From: Eledone cirrhosa
Taxonomy: Eukaryota
Reading direction: 5' to 3'
DNA length: 64,000 nt
Assembly (NCBI GenBank): GCA_964016885.1
Contig: OZ024751.1
Coordinates: 41,664,001-41,728,000, forward strand
Shown: positions 12,491-25,974 of the stretch, piece by piece
How positions within the stretch are numbered: the first letter of the stretch is position 1
Layout: each line of letters begins with the position of its first letter
The notes under the pieces: generated by a model
What the model saw: only the letters and a program-made list of their open reading frames with translations
What the model was told of the DNA's origin: nothing
Database searches by the model: none
Position numbers and translations under genes: made by a program

Positions 12491-13424
12491 ATATATATAT
12501 ATATATATATGGGGTGAGGGGAGACAAGTATCATTTACCATAACCTTGGTCGACCCATGCGTTTTGTGTGAAATTGCGTAGACGGAAACTGTCTCGAGCG
12601 GAAACTGTCTCGAGGCCTATTGAATGGTTTACACTTGCCATTCATGGGGTCGGTCTTGTCACACTGAATCTCCCTGAGAGTTGCGTTAAGGGTATATTTG
12701 GGTGTATAATGTTTAGCCACTTATACGTTAATCTCATGAGCACGCTGATCGAACAATTGTAATACGCATCGTGGAAGTCGACGGAGATCCATTACATTAA
12801 ACACCAATACAAAAGATGTGTAGGAGGTATTAAGGTGTGGATTTCGACTAAAAAATAAAATCCGTTAGTAAGGAGGAGTTATATAAACTAAGGAAATGTA
12901 GGAAATAGGTGTGGTAAATATTCCCCACCTATTAATTTAATCAGTTAACATATTTTCTATTGTATTAATTCTGAATGTTAAAGGTCACTGTTGAAAAAAT
13001 AGAGAAATATTAAAGAAATGCCAAGTTTAATAATTTTTTCTTGTTCTTAAATAAATAAAAAACAATTGTTGACTATTCAAATAAATGTTGTTTTTCGAAA
13101 AAAAATTTTCTATCCTAAAACTGAATCTTGTCCTACGTACAATACTGTCAAAATACTAATATAATTGTTTCTACTTTGAACTCATAATGGTACTAATATA
13201 ATGGTTTATATATACACATAATACTAATATAATGGTTTATATATACACATAATATATATACGATAGAAATATATATATATATATATACTTAGGTATACAT
13301 ACACACTCTCACTCGTTTAACCTACCTCTCTTGCATTACTGATTCCTCGTTATCTCTCTCTCTCTCTATATATATATATATCAAAATGAAAATCCGAAGG
13401 CATGGTAAAATTCCAATCATTTAA

Positions 13425-13498
13425 TCACGACACATGTTTCAATAAGAGATAGATCGATTGTGAAGCCATGATCGATTATCACTGATCTCATCAGGTGA
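13425..13498 (-). ncRNA. Type-I hammerhead ribozyme with GUC cleavage triplet
   Basis: Reverse complement: tcac-CTGATGA-(imperfect 47-nt stem II)-GAAA-catgtg-TC-gtga, inside the (TA)n-flanked insert 13381-13630. Confidence 0.75.
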
Positions 13499-13625
13499 AA
13501 ATGAATTGTCTTCAAATTCTTGATATGAGGGAGAAAAATAAGGAAATCTACGGTTCTTATATATTTGATATATATTTATCCTTATCGAGCCCTCTTTGGA
13601 TTTTAGTCTTCAAATTTATTATTAT

Positions 13626-13674
<49 letters not shown>

Positions 13675-13676
<2 letters not shown>

Positions 13677-14070
13677 GCTCTGCTCCGTACCAGCATAGAG
13701 TGCTCAACCGGCATACAGCCTTTGGACGCATCTTAGCTACCATAAGACAAAAGAAAAAAGAGAATCGGTGTTCTGACGAAAGGAATTTATTGGACATATT
13801 ACAATTGTTTCTCGAGCGACCAGAAATAGGAAAATCTGCTTCGTAGAATCGAGACGTATCCGACGACCGCGCGATGTCAGAGTCAGATTTTATCACCATA
13901 TCGATCGTGCCTCGAGTTGGTCGCCCGAGAAACAATTTGTAGTATGTCCAATAAATTCGTTTCGTCGCAGCACCGATTCTCTTTTTTCTGTGATATCATA
14001 CTCTGCTCTACAAGGGCATTGAGTGCTCATACGGCCTACCGCATACGGACGCTTTAAGCATCCAACACCA
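13675..14070. mobile_element. Family E insert with internal inverted repeat, in (TA)n
   Basis: About 13750-13820 is inverted relative to about 13920-13990. Homologous to 42727-42985. Confidence 0.75.
13854..13947 (+). ncRNA. Hammerhead motif with U4C core and long stem II
   Basis: acgtat-CCGACGA-(~60 nt)-GAAA-caatttg-TA-gtatgt, with a 6-bp stem I including GU pairs. Homolog at 42851-42938: gtgt-CCGTCGA...GAAA-caattg-TA-acac. Confidence 0.65.
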
Positions 14071-14214
14071 ATTATATATATATATATACAGATAGATATA
14101 TAGATAGATGGCTAGATAGAATTTTTTGTTTATTTTGCTCTTTGAAACGATAGTAAAACAATGGATTAAATCTTGCTTCATTTGTTTTCATTGTTCAACA
14201 TATGTATGTGTGTG

Positions 14215-14272
<58 letters not shown>

Positions 14273-15034
14273 TGTCTTTCTCTGTGTGTGTATGTGTGGG
14301 GAGGTGGCGGGGTGAAGTTTTCGCGCATGAAATAGGCTGTAAATCAAGGAAGTACTGGGTGCATTTTGAGTTGCAGAATATTTATAGTTATATGGTATAC
14401 CCCCCCCCCCCCATCGCAGTGCCCTATTCGTTTCGGCTCACTATCAAGTCTCTAAAAGATAAGTGACTCTAGTTTTAATATGAGGGCGTCAGCGACGTCT
14501 CTTGGTTTGAAGAAGAGGGGTAGAAAGAGTGGAGTATGAGGTGAGCGTGGTGAGGGAGATACAAAGTTATATGTGTTGGACAACAGCAAAAGAAGGGAGA
14601 TAAGCAATGAGGATGTCGGTAACTTCAGAACAGATGGGAGGTTAAGTTCCCGGATGAGTGAGAGGATGGGGAGATAACTAAATGATTTACAAGAACTTTG
14701 GATATTTGAGAAGCTGAAATATTTAAAAAGGATGTCTGAGTTTAATATCAGGAGAAATAAGTAAGACTTATGATAGGAGCTACCAAAGTTCAAACATGTT
14801 AAACCTTTGGCAATGGAGACGTTTGAAACGTGCTTCGTGCTTGCTAGTTATTGCTAACGTCGAGTAACTGATCATCTTATCTAACTGATCATCTTCATGA
14901 TAGCCGAACTCGCGTAGTTATAACGATTTGTGTATGTATATGCATGTAAAAGGTAAGCAGAAATAACAACACAATCGGTACATGGTATATGGAAGGAATA
15001 TGTTAGGTTAACGCTTGAAATAGCAGGAAGAGAG

Positions 15035-15070
15035 TCTTAACATTTCGGACGCTAGTCCTTCATCAGAAGA
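15035..15070 (-). ncRNA. Minimal hammerhead ribozyme
   Basis: Reverse complement: tctt-CTGATGA-a-ggac(tagc)gtcc-GAAA-tg-TT-aaga. The homolog at about 11390-11480 reads GAAACGTT. A partial copy lies near 43105-43125. Confidence 0.75.
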
Positions 15071-15642
15071 AAGCGTGAGAAATAAGATAGATTGAAGGGA
15101 CGGACGGGTTGGGATTGGAAAACATGTCTTTAGATAAAAATTACAGGTCCATTCATGTTGACATCTCTTGGAAAACTGTTGATGCTGGCGTTTTGTGTAT
15201 TATTTATTTTTTTTTTTAAAGTGGATGATGGAGCAGCTCCGCATCAACATGAGATATTTTTCTCCACAAAGTTTGATCACCAGCAGCAGAGTTTAACGAG
15301 CAATATATATATATTCAAAACAACGAACAGCAGAAGACACGTATCGCTCCTATCTGACAGATAACCTTCCCCTCCCCCCTCCCGGAAAACCCCCCAGTTG
15401 ATGGATGTGAATCCGAAATATAGGGACAATTAAATCTCTCCCAAGGTAACTCTATCTCGTGTTATTATTTTCATTTTTTACGCTCTTTCCTACACACTAT
15501 ACATCTCATTCTACATTCACATTCACCACCGGATCTTGTTACCCGGAGAATTACCCATCTGCATTGTTGAGGCTTCCAAAACGACCTAAAGAAAATATAT
15601 ATTATTATTCCACAATGCTTCAAACAAACTTCAATACACTCT

Positions 15643-15683
<41 letters not shown>

Positions 15684-15685
15684 GC

Positions 15686-15765
<80 letters not shown>

Positions 15766-16752
15766 CAGTAACTCCTGTGGGAGACGTAGGAGCGTCGTGT
15801 TGACATACAGAGTTTCTAGAACATTTTTAAACCTGGCGGAGCTTAATCTTTTCCAGGTCTCTGAATACAGCAGATTTCTTCTAGAGAAAGATTGAGAGTG
15901 TAAGAATGGAAATGAGAAAGAGAAATAGAGGAAGAATTGACCTGGTATTAGACTTATACTTTTTTATCGACATCGAATAGATTAAAGAGCAGAGAGGTGG
16001 AACAAATAGCACAAAGCATTCGATCCGACGTTCTAACGACTCTGCCAATTCGTCTGAGCTTTCAGAACCGCCTCACCCTCTCCAGCTTAACTCATTCTTT
16101 GATATTTTCTTTTTTCTTTTTTCTTTTCCCACTCACTCATTACTCTCAATGGATCAATTAGCTAATACCACGAAACCTCACTCTTTGACGAAGGGTTCTA
16201 CCTGAAACGTTATACATTTCGTCTTCCTCGTGAAAAATGAAATTCTTCCACGTTTAAACTCTAGAAAAAAAACAAACAAGTCAGTCAATTGATCTGATTA
16301 TCCGCCTGTATAAAGAAAAGGTAAACGAACTTGTGAAACTCAGACCTTTGGGGCTTTCTGTAGTGTTATTGTAGTCAGATGACCACAGGCACCACAAAGA
16401 GAAACAGTTTTACAGAAACTAATCACCAAAATCTTATACAGAATTCTACCGTATTTTCCATTCTGCAAGAATCTTTATTAAGTTTTCTTCATAGCAAACA
16501 TTAACTGTTGGTTTTATATTTTCCTTCTCGCGGATTTTGAAAGGTTTAATCTGTGAGATGAAGCTGCCGGGTAACATAAGTTAAAAAGACATTAGAGGAA
16601 ACACACTTACGATGAATTTTTATCTCTTGCGCAAGGCTTCTCAAAATCTCTCTTTCTCTCTCTCCCTCTCCCTCTCCCTCTCTCTCTCTCTCTCTCGTTT
16701 CCTTCTTTCTTTGTTTCTCTTACCTCCTCTATATATATATTCTCTCTCTTTA

Positions 16753-16833
<81 letters not shown>

Positions 16834-16957
16834 CCCCCTTCATTTCTCTTACATTCTCTAAATATATTCTCTTTCTCTGAATTATTATTTTACCCTCGCT
16901 ATTCCATCTTTACTCATCCCTCCCTCTTATTTCATTTTCTGTCTCAAAATGCATTAA

Positions 16958-17208
16958 CCACAATCACCACCACCGCCGCCATCACCACCACTACCACCAC
17001 CACCACCACCAGTAGCTACACCGCCGCCGCCGCCACCACCACCAGCACCGCCGCCGCCACCACCACCACCACCACCAACACCACCACCACCACCAGCACC
17101 GCCGCCGCCACCACCACCACCACCACCAACACCACCACCACCACCAGCACCGCCGCCGCCACCACCACCACCACCACCACCAACACCACCACCACCAATA
17201 CCGCCACT
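16958..17208. repeat. (ACC)n/(GCC)n array with higher-order unit
   Basis: Direct reading. Confidence 0.9.
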
Positions 17209-17517
17209 CATTGGTGTGTTTGTTTGTTTGTTTAACTTTGAATAGTTCTCTCCCCCACCTCTCCCTCTCTCTTTCTCTTTCTCTTTCTCTCTCTCTCTCT
17301 TTCTCTCTCTCTCTCGAGCTCTCTCTCGAGCTCTATTGAGCTCTCTTTCCCCTCACTCGTTCTCTTTCTTTCTTTCTGTCTTTCTTTCTCACTCTCCTCC
17401 ATCCTCACATTCCCGTCCTCACTTTTATGCTCTCACATGAACGACCCCGCCTATAACCGTAACATCATCAATAGCAATATGGAACCTTAGATTTAATCGT
17501 TTTAAGCAACAACTAGA

Positions 17518-17548
<31 letters not shown>

Positions 17549-17554
17549 CTTCTT

Positions 17555-17585
<31 letters not shown>

Positions 17586-18320
17586 GCGTTGTTTAACCCC
17601 AGGTCAGTTCTGATCTAGCAAAGTTATGATCGAAGTTCTTTCAGCCATCACAACCCCGTTTTTTTTTTGCTTCTTTTTGTGGGGAGAGAAGAAGAAAATG
17701 TTCTTTTTGTAGGGTTGTTTTTTTAAGAGCAGTTGTCTTTCAGAAAGTGTATATCTAACACTAAGTTACATTATTATACAATGTCTTCATATATGTTTAT
17801 ATAATGTACTAGAGTGTTATTGAAAGAGAGGACTGCTTAGAAGCTACCCTGTAGCTTCCTCCTAAGCTGTTTTATTTTGTGTAAATATATTTCATGTAAT
17901 CAGGTTTTGGTGATGACTCTCTGTAAAATGTTACTATGTAGTTAAGTAATGTTATTGTTTACAGGGTGTATGTATATATAATGACTAGCAGTGTATATAT
18001 AGAATATGTGTATATAGATAATGGCTGCAGTATTACATGTTATTGTCTGTTTATTTGAACAATTCCTAATAGACCAATTTCAAGAGACAATTATGTCAGT
18101 CCATCCCCGGTATACATATTAGCTCAGATATAAATATTAGTTATAAACCAAGTTGAGCCAAATGTTTTTTTCGAATGATGATTTCTGGCAACTTGTATCT
18201 CCATATAACATCATTAATTTTATTCAACTTGTTGTCCAATCCTTGCTGAATTGTTTATTAATAATTTCCAATTTAACATATAAACATTAATTGTTTGTTT
18301 TTAATTTTACAGTTTTGATA

Positions 18321-18400
18321 ATGAGTGGTGAAAAAGTTGCAATTAGAGGTATTTTACGTTACCTGTGGAGGAAAGAAAATGACTGAGTGCAAAGGCAGCG
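18321..18400 (+). pseudogene. Possible mariner transposase N-terminal HTH remnant
   Basis: MSGEKVAIRGILRYLWRK, then frameshifted LSAKAA. Preceded by ttttacag and truncated by a SINE fragment. Confidence 0.4.
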
Positions 18401-19339
18401 GTTAGCTTTGCTTCATAAAGTACCAGTAACGCACTGGTGTCGATTTAATCGACTTTCACTTCTACCAGGAATAGTTGGCTTCGTGCCTAAATCAGAAATC
18501 GTTATTAGTTGAATAACTAATCCATTGATCGATTAATCTATTAACTTAGTGGCTGTTTAATTGTTAATTGTCAAAGTTCTTTCGTCACATATCCTGTGAC
18601 ATTTTCAAATACTATGCTAGCTCCTCTGTGTCTCCTCATTGTTCTCACCTTGCTCTATCTACGCCATATTTTCTTTTTCATATTTTAAATGACTTTTATT
18701 AATCCTCCTTCGTAGTTTATGCTTTCTTTTCATTGTAACTGTCAGCTTTTATAATATGTCTCTCTCTAAACTTTTTTCTTTTTTACACCGAATTAATCTT
18801 CTATGTCTGATTTAAATTAATTGCCCATGGTGTTTCTCGTCAAATGTTTCATCATGATTAAAAAAAAAACTCTTCTCGTTTTTCAAATCACCAAATACAC
18901 CAGTCAAGTCTGATAAATGTCTTATTTTCATCTCGCGCTCATTTACGTGACTTCCACCTTTTCTTTGATCTTTTGCGGGCTTATTTATTCATTTTCTTCT
19001 CTCTTTTTTTTCTTTCTATTTGACTCATTATTTAAATATATGTTTTCATAATAAACTTATCTAACTCCGAGTTATTTTATTCCTCGTCTTTGTTGTAGAT
19101 TTGAAGGTGGGAACGTTTATTTGACAGAAAATGATTTATTCATTCTATTTACTGTTTAAAGCAGACATTTCAACTTTATAAATCTTTTTCTAATACCTGG
19201 CTGTCTCTGGCAGTTTCTCGAGTCTTATTGGTCTTATTGTTTGTTTCTATTCTGGGATGGATGTTCTCTGTTATACCGTTAATGCCGAACAGTTGTTAAT
19301 TCCTCTCATACTACTATTGCTACTACTAATAATAATAAT

Positions 19340-19530
19340 AACGTTTCTACTTTTGGCACAAGGCCAGCAATTACTCCATTGCATTACTGGTACTTTATTT
19401 TATCGATCCCTTAAGGATAAAAGGCAAAGCTAACCTCGGCGGGATTTGAACTCAGAATGTAAAGAGCCATAACTCTATGTCGTTAAGCATGTTGTCCGAC
19501 GCTCTACCACTTCTTCCAATTCACCGCCCT
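19340..19530 (-). mobile_element. tRNA-derived SINE, same family (weaker copies at about 2092-2222, 15940-16055, 19870-19970, 20838-21210, 24420-24770, 30810-30950 and 36072-36230)
   Basis: Full head-core-tail match. Confidence 0.9.
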
Positions 19531-20944
19531 TCTAATGTACAACACTAGGAATATTTATCCGTCACATGTTGTCCCTTTTCTACTTTCTGTCAATATTTAT
19601 CTTCATCCATTTTTATCTTTATATTTTGGTGTTTATACCTTGTTAGTTGACCATCATACTTCCTCTGTTTACAATGATTTAGACAGTCACAATAGATACT
19701 GGTGACCGAAACACTTGCTTATTCACGATCTTAATGAAAATTGAAGCGTCTTTATTTTTTAATGATTTTCTCATCAGTAAAGTACTGGAATGTCCCAGAG
19801 TATCGTGACCTGGTGACTTTCAATGTCAATGCAGTCATATTTTATAGTATGTCTATAATTCACAAACGAGGTTGTGAATTGGCAGAGCCGTCAGAAGGTC
19901 GGATAGAATGCTTTGCATTTTGAGGTTAATAAAAAAAAAAAAAGTATCAGTCTAATACTGGGAGTCAATTCTTCCATTATATTTCTTTATTCTAATGTGT
20001 TATTTTATTTTAAAAAATGTGGCTGCTATTTCTAGCAGGTTGAGCGACTGTGAAGATATTTCTCTCACATACCTACAAGGCTACGCTTGTTCTTCTTACA
20101 TAATTTGCTTTCTTATTTTTCTTTATATATTGTGTATACATTGTCTCCTAGCTTTATATTTTCATGCATGAATATTTACAGCGTCTCGTCATCAAACTGC
20201 ACGTTGTTGGGTTTTCTTCTATTGTAAATAGAGTAAAAACAGATACGTTTAAATGCCATATTATAAAAGCATTCTAAATTAAAGGTGACGATGATGTTTG
20301 TGTGTTTTTGTTGTTTGCTTTGGGTTTGTGTAGAATGAGAAAAAAAGAATTGCTAATAGTCTGTATTTAGACTAATGCTGCTAAGCTATTTTTTATTGCA
20401 TACAATTGATAGTGGGTTTATTTTGTCAGCTTTGTAGCTCTTTAAATTCTCTGATTTATATATTTTCTTTGTATTTCTGAAGTTAAGGTGTGTTTATCAG
20501 CTTGTTTCTAAATATAGCCAATCACTAAGCTGTATTTAATGACAAATTATCTGTGGCAAATAGATTTTTCTTGTCAGACCACATACAGCTCTTTTTTTTA
20601 TAGAATGCTGTATTTAGTTAAAGCCCTTTTCTGCTCTTTAAACTGCTATTGTTATTTTGTGGTATTTTCGTTTTTAAACATAATCCTTTACATTTGAATA
20701 TATCCCCTAAAAACCCATTCTTTTAGTTCAAATATATTATAATAAAATATAAGTCAATTAGCAAGGCCACCAAAATGTTCTTAATGATTATTTTTCCACA
20801 GTAAGTTTTCATTTGCTAATGTTAAGATAATGATTTATAATTTAGGCACAAGGCCAGCAATTAATGGGGAGGTACTTTATTTTATCGACACCAGAAGAAG
20901 GAAAGGCAAGTTGACATCGGTAATGGTAACATAATTTATGAAAG

Positions 20945-21000
<56 letters not shown>

Positions 21001-21274
21001 GATGTATATCAGTGTATTGACTGGGTCAGAAAAGCGTCAGACAAAAGCTTAGCAGTATTTACTCTTGCTCTTTACGTTCTGAGTTCAAATCCCAGCGAGG
21101 CTGGTTTTGCCTTTCATCCTTATGTGGTCGATAAAATAACACACTGGGTCGATTTAATCGACCTTCCACTTCCTTTCAAATTACTGGCCTTGTGCCTAAA
21201 TCAGAAACCCTATCATTCGCTGCTAACATATTGAGTGAGTAGAGTGTTAATATTTATCTTATTAAGGCTAAATA

Positions 21275-21351
21275 GTGAGACTAGTTTCACCTGTTTATCA
21301 CAGGGTCATCAGACTGATGACCCTGTGATAAACAGGCGAAACTCCAGAGTT
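21275..21351. ncRNA. Two back-to-back hammerhead cores at an inversion junction
   Basis: (-) from 21312: CTGATGA-ccctgtgataaacaggt-GAAA-ctag-TC. (+) from 21314: CTGATGA-ccctgtgataaacaggc-GAAA-ctccagag-TT. The 5' strands of stem I are lost at the junction. Confidence 0.75.
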
Positions 21352-21359
21352 ACAAGACT

Positions 21360-21945
21360 CCTTTTTATATTTGTTCTGGTATCTCAAATTAGTACCATCG
21401 AACCACAAATATTATAAACACCTTGCATATTTCTACAAGTACATAGTGCCTGTTGAAGTATTCATCCACTTTTATAATTTTTCTCCCTATGTAGAGAACA
21501 AAACGTTGAATAATACTACTAATTTTAGTGGCAGTATCAACACGTTTATAATAAACAGCTATTATCTGCGACCTGATTTTGCGTGCGTGTCATTTTAACG
21601 GCTTGACCGCATGCGTTGGGCAGGAAGCGAAATATTTACTTTCTGTAAGGCTGGCAACCTTATAGTATGGAAATAAGCAGTCTGAAGATCCATTTCTTTC
21701 CATTGGAAATTCTCTGGATTTCCAATATTTGGAATGGTGAAACCGTCGGTAACAGCAATAGAACAGGTGATTATTTAAATCGTTTTTTACTTTATTTAGA
21801 AAATTGTTTGATAACCGCTTGCTCCGCTCTTTTTATATTGTTCTGGTATCTCAAATTAGTACCATCGAACCACAAATATTATAAACACCTTGCATATTTC
21901 TACAAGTACTTAGTGCCTGTGGAAGTATTCATCCACTTTTATTAT
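21360..21945 (+). repeat. About 113-bp direct repeat (21361-21474 and about 21829-21940), second copy running into (TA)n; probable pLTR duplication
   Basis: Near-identical ctttttatat(t)tgttctggtatctcaaattagtacc...catccacttttat, directly downstream of the HHR pair. Confidence 0.8.
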
Positions 21946-22800
21946 TATATATATATATATATATATATAGTTATACTCTGGGAGGGTCATGCTGCCAATA
22001 GAAACACACGCACCTGTTGGTTTTCACTTCAATTTATTATAAATTTCCAGAAATTTATAATATATATATGTATATATATATATGTATATATATATTATAT
22101 ATATATATACATATTGGAGCTTGCATGTAGATAGTTGCAGAAAGTTTTGCTCTACCAATAGAGGTTTTTAGACAAAGAATAATATAATTTCTTTTTCTTT
22201 TAATATATTTCTTCTCTCAAATTACCTCACCCTTACTTACTAAAATGAATTGTCGTGTTGATAAGAAATAAAACAAAAACAAAGACTGGTAAATTAATTG
22301 CACAGGAAGACATCGATGTTGAACACGAAAGAAATAAGAAAATAAACATATTTTCATAGAAAACTATGCCAGTTTGCATACCACGAAAGGATATGTTGCC
22401 CGAAACAAGAAATACATACAATTGTGACACGTACATACAACATATGTGAAAGTGTCAACATTTCAATATTTTCGTATATGTCAGTAACACTTTGTATTCT
22501 TTCTTTTTACTGGAGTAGTAAATTACATGAAATATTTCTAAGTGAATTTTTCTTATTTTTGTGGGACAAACATACTTCTAAATAAATTATTAATCTGCCA
22601 TACGAATTCATTCATACGAACGTAAGTAAAGAAGAAACATATACAATTCAGCCTCATGAAAAGACTAAATAATGGGGGGGGGGGGGGGCGAGTTATATCT
22701 CTTAAACAAGAACAGATAAAAGAATTCCCTTTGGATTTGTGGTGAGGATGGAAATCTCCTTTGGCCGGGTTTTGAACTCAGAAAGCAGAGTGCCGGAACG

Positions 22801-23177
22801 AATACCACAAAGTATTTTCTCTAACGTTCTCATGACTCTGCCAATATCACAAAGCATTCTATCTGACGTTCTAACGACTCTACCAATACCACAAACTATT
22901 CTATCTGACCTTATAACGACTCTACCAATACCACAAACCATTCTATCTGACGTTCTAACGACTCTACCATTCTATCTGACGTTCTAACGACTCTACCAAT
23001 ACCACAAACTATTCTATCTGACCTTATAACGACTCTACCAATACCACAAACCATTCTATCTGACGTTCTAACGACTCTACCATTCTATCTGACCTTCTAA
23101 CGACTCTACCAATACCACAAACCATTCTATCTGACGTTCTAACGACTCTACCAATACCACAAACTATTCTATCTGAT
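22801..23177. repeat. Minisatellite (42-nt unit with shorter variants) grown from a SINE head
   Basis: ataccacaaaccattctatctgacgttctaacgactctacca repeats, directly after ccgggttttgaactcagaa. Confidence 0.85.
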
Positions 23178-23919
23178 TTTTGGAGTGAAATATTTGCTCA
23201 GTTCAGGCGTTGGGAGTTCTTGAAATTGAGCCACATTTCTTTGGCGTTATCGAAATTATTATTATTATTAATATTTATTTCATTCTTATTATTATTTCTG
23301 TCACGTTTATTGGTGTTGCTGTTCTCGTTGTTTTTGTTGTTATTTTCTGATTTCTTGTTCTTGTTCTTGTTGTTGATAATGATGGTGTTACTTCTTTCGT
23401 AGAATTTTTCGTTGACATTTTCAATGTTTTTGTTGTTGGTCTTGTCGACTTTGACATTTTTATCTTTTCCCATCTTCCATTGAATTATTTTTCTTCTTGC
23501 TTTTATTGTTGTTGCTGTTGTTAAAGATGGCGGACTGTATAATCGTTATCCAACACACTGCTGTAATACACTCGATTAGTATTGGTATTGCCAGAGTTAA
23601 CAACGAAACATTTCTTATTATATTTCTCTGAAATAAATATAAACAAAAAGAAAAGCTTCGGATAAAGTCACATTTTCACTTTGGCAAGAACATTTCCATA
23701 ACAGACGATAACTTCAGCGTTACCGTTGCCAACACTCCGCCCTCTTCAAATGCCAATGTTATTATTAACATCCTCCTCCTCCTCCTCCGCTTCATCGTTC
23801 TCATCATTATATACGAGCTGGTGGTGGTGGTGGTGGTGGTGGTGGTGGAGTCGTAGAAGATCTGTCCTGACATACGGCATGTCTTGGGTATTTTATACCT
23901 GGCGGGCCATCCGAAGAAT

Positions 23920-23945
23920 GAAAGAAAGAAAGAAAGAAAGAAGGA

Positions 23946-23989
<44 letters not shown>

Positions 23990-24085
23990 AGGAAAGAAAG
24001 AAGGAAAGAAAGAAAGAGAGAAAGAAGGAAAGAAAGAAAGAAAGAAGGAAGGAAAGAAAGAAAGAAAGAAAGAAGGAAAGAAAAA

Positions 24086-24133
<48 letters not shown>

Positions 24134-24137
24134 AGAA

Positions 24138-24173
<36 letters not shown>

Positions 24174-24189
24174 AGGAAAGAAAGAAGGA

Positions 24190-24233
<44 letters not shown>

Positions 24234-24244
24234 AAAAAGAAGGA

Positions 24245-24276
<32 letters not shown>

Positions 24277-24287
24277 AAAAAGAAGGA

Positions 24288-24318
<31 letters not shown>

Positions 24319-24357
24319 GAAGAAAGAAAGAAAGAAAGAAAGAAAAAAAAAAGAAAA

Positions 24358-24405
<48 letters not shown>

Positions 24406-24407
24406 AG
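23920..24407. repeat. (GAAA)n array
   Basis: Direct reading. Confidence 0.95.
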
Positions 24408-25419
24408 ACATGAACACCAAAGAAAAGACGGTGGCATTCTTTCTGGCTGTTAACGTCCTGAGTTCAAATTCTATTGATGTCAATTTTGTCTTTCATCATT
24501 CTGAGGTCTATGAAATAAAGTACCAGTCACGTACTGGGGTCGATGGAATCTCCTTTTCCCTCCCTCAAATTGTTGGCATTGTGCCTAAATTAGAAAACAT
24601 TATTTTTTTTTTCCAGTTCTTTCCATTCTAATTTCAAATCTGGCCGAAATCAACTTTATCCGTCATCCTTCTAGCATCGATAAAATAAAATACCAGTCAT
24701 ATACTAAGGGTCGATTTAAACGGCTTAATCCGTCCACCAAATTTGTTAGACTTGTGTCTCAATCAAAAGCCATTAATATCAGAGAGAATATATAAGTAGG
24801 TTACAATAATTCAAAGCAATGACACAAAATTAGATTAATGTTTGCTACAGGATATAAGTAGCTACTTGAACGTAGCTACTTCAACGTAAAACAAATTGAA
24901 TATGAAAAACAAATTTTTTTTTAAAGTATTAAGTACTTTAATATTACTTTCTAACAAATACTATATTTAGTAGTATTAGTTAGAAAGGCTTAATATCTAA
25001 TTTAAGAGAATGGTGCTTATAAATCATAAGAGGAGAACGAAAAAATATACGAGATGTCAAAACAAATAATAAAATTAATAAATTATAGGCACGCCCATTG
25101 CAAAAAAAAAAAATAATAATAAAATTAATTTTTAAAATGAGTATAGAAATCTATGTCAACTTGTAGTTTCGACTTGACACAATGGTCCACTATCGGTTTT
25201 AACGATGAGTGTTCCAGTTGTTTGATCAACTAGACAGCCTGTTCGTTAAATTAACGTGTTAGTAGTTAAGCATTCATCAGCAGACCTCGTATACTCTTAA
25301 CGTAATACACAGAGAGATATATCGTGACATAGAGTGTGACAAGGCTGACCCTTTGAATTACAAGTACAGTCGATCTGATAGGCTTCCAAATAGTTTTGAT
25401 TATTTACCCCGACATGGAT

Positions 25420-25670
25420 TACTCTGTATTTTAGATGTTGAATTCGCCATATTAACTCAGATAAGGCTGTGTGTGCACTTACGCTTCTCTGTCCTACTAA
25501 ATGAGCCTCAATGCTTATACCACCTATATTTAAAGCGTGTCGAGGTCGCCCCTATGTATCTATATACTCTATTACTGATAGTAATTCTGCATTAGTATAC
25601 AATATTCTTCTGTAAACATTTATTTTCTATGGGGCAAATATCGCGGTTTCTACTATTCCAGTCTTGGTTT
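25420..25670 (-). pseudogene. Decayed GIY-YIG endonuclease of a Naiad/Chlamys-type PLE
   Basis: Reverse-complement translation with stops and frameshifts: WNSRNRDICPIENKCLQKNIVY*C...YIGATSTRFKYRWYKH*GSF...TALSELIW, matching CNCR..CPL.G.CL...VY...YIG.T...FK.R...H..SF. Confidence 0.75.
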
Positions 25671-25974
25671 GCAAGTAGGGTTGTATTCCTATTCAGGTTG
25701 TTGGCGTATCTACTTGCAGGGTCAGAGTGTACAACATTTTGTTATTGGGGGAGGGTTTTCTGGGATGTAAAGTTATTAAGGCGCTTATCAATTCGGTTAC
25801 TTAAGTTGTTCGATCTGTAGAGGGTATATGTTATATTATTGATATCTCTCGATTCCTTTCTTAAACTAGTGTAGATTATTTGAGCTATGATTTGGGCTAC
25901 GTTCTGAGTTATACAGTTAGAGTGTGTCTCCCTTAACTGTATAACGAGTAACGGTAAAAATCAACAATAAAATT

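Noticed and set aside
14452-14793. 113-aa minus-strand ORF
   Set aside because: No recognisable motif. May be a decayed retroelement but cannot be assigned by eye.
16180-16215. TTGACGA-agg...cct-GAAA-cgtt hammerhead-like motif
   Set aside because: Stem I does not close and the core is mutated. At most a dead relic.
22801-23177. CRISPR-like array
   Set aside because: No unique spacers, eukaryotic context, and the unit derives from a SINE.
23198-23473. 91-aa Asn/Lys-rich ORF
   Set aside because: Degenerate (TTG/TTA)n low-complexity DNA with no domain or splice support.
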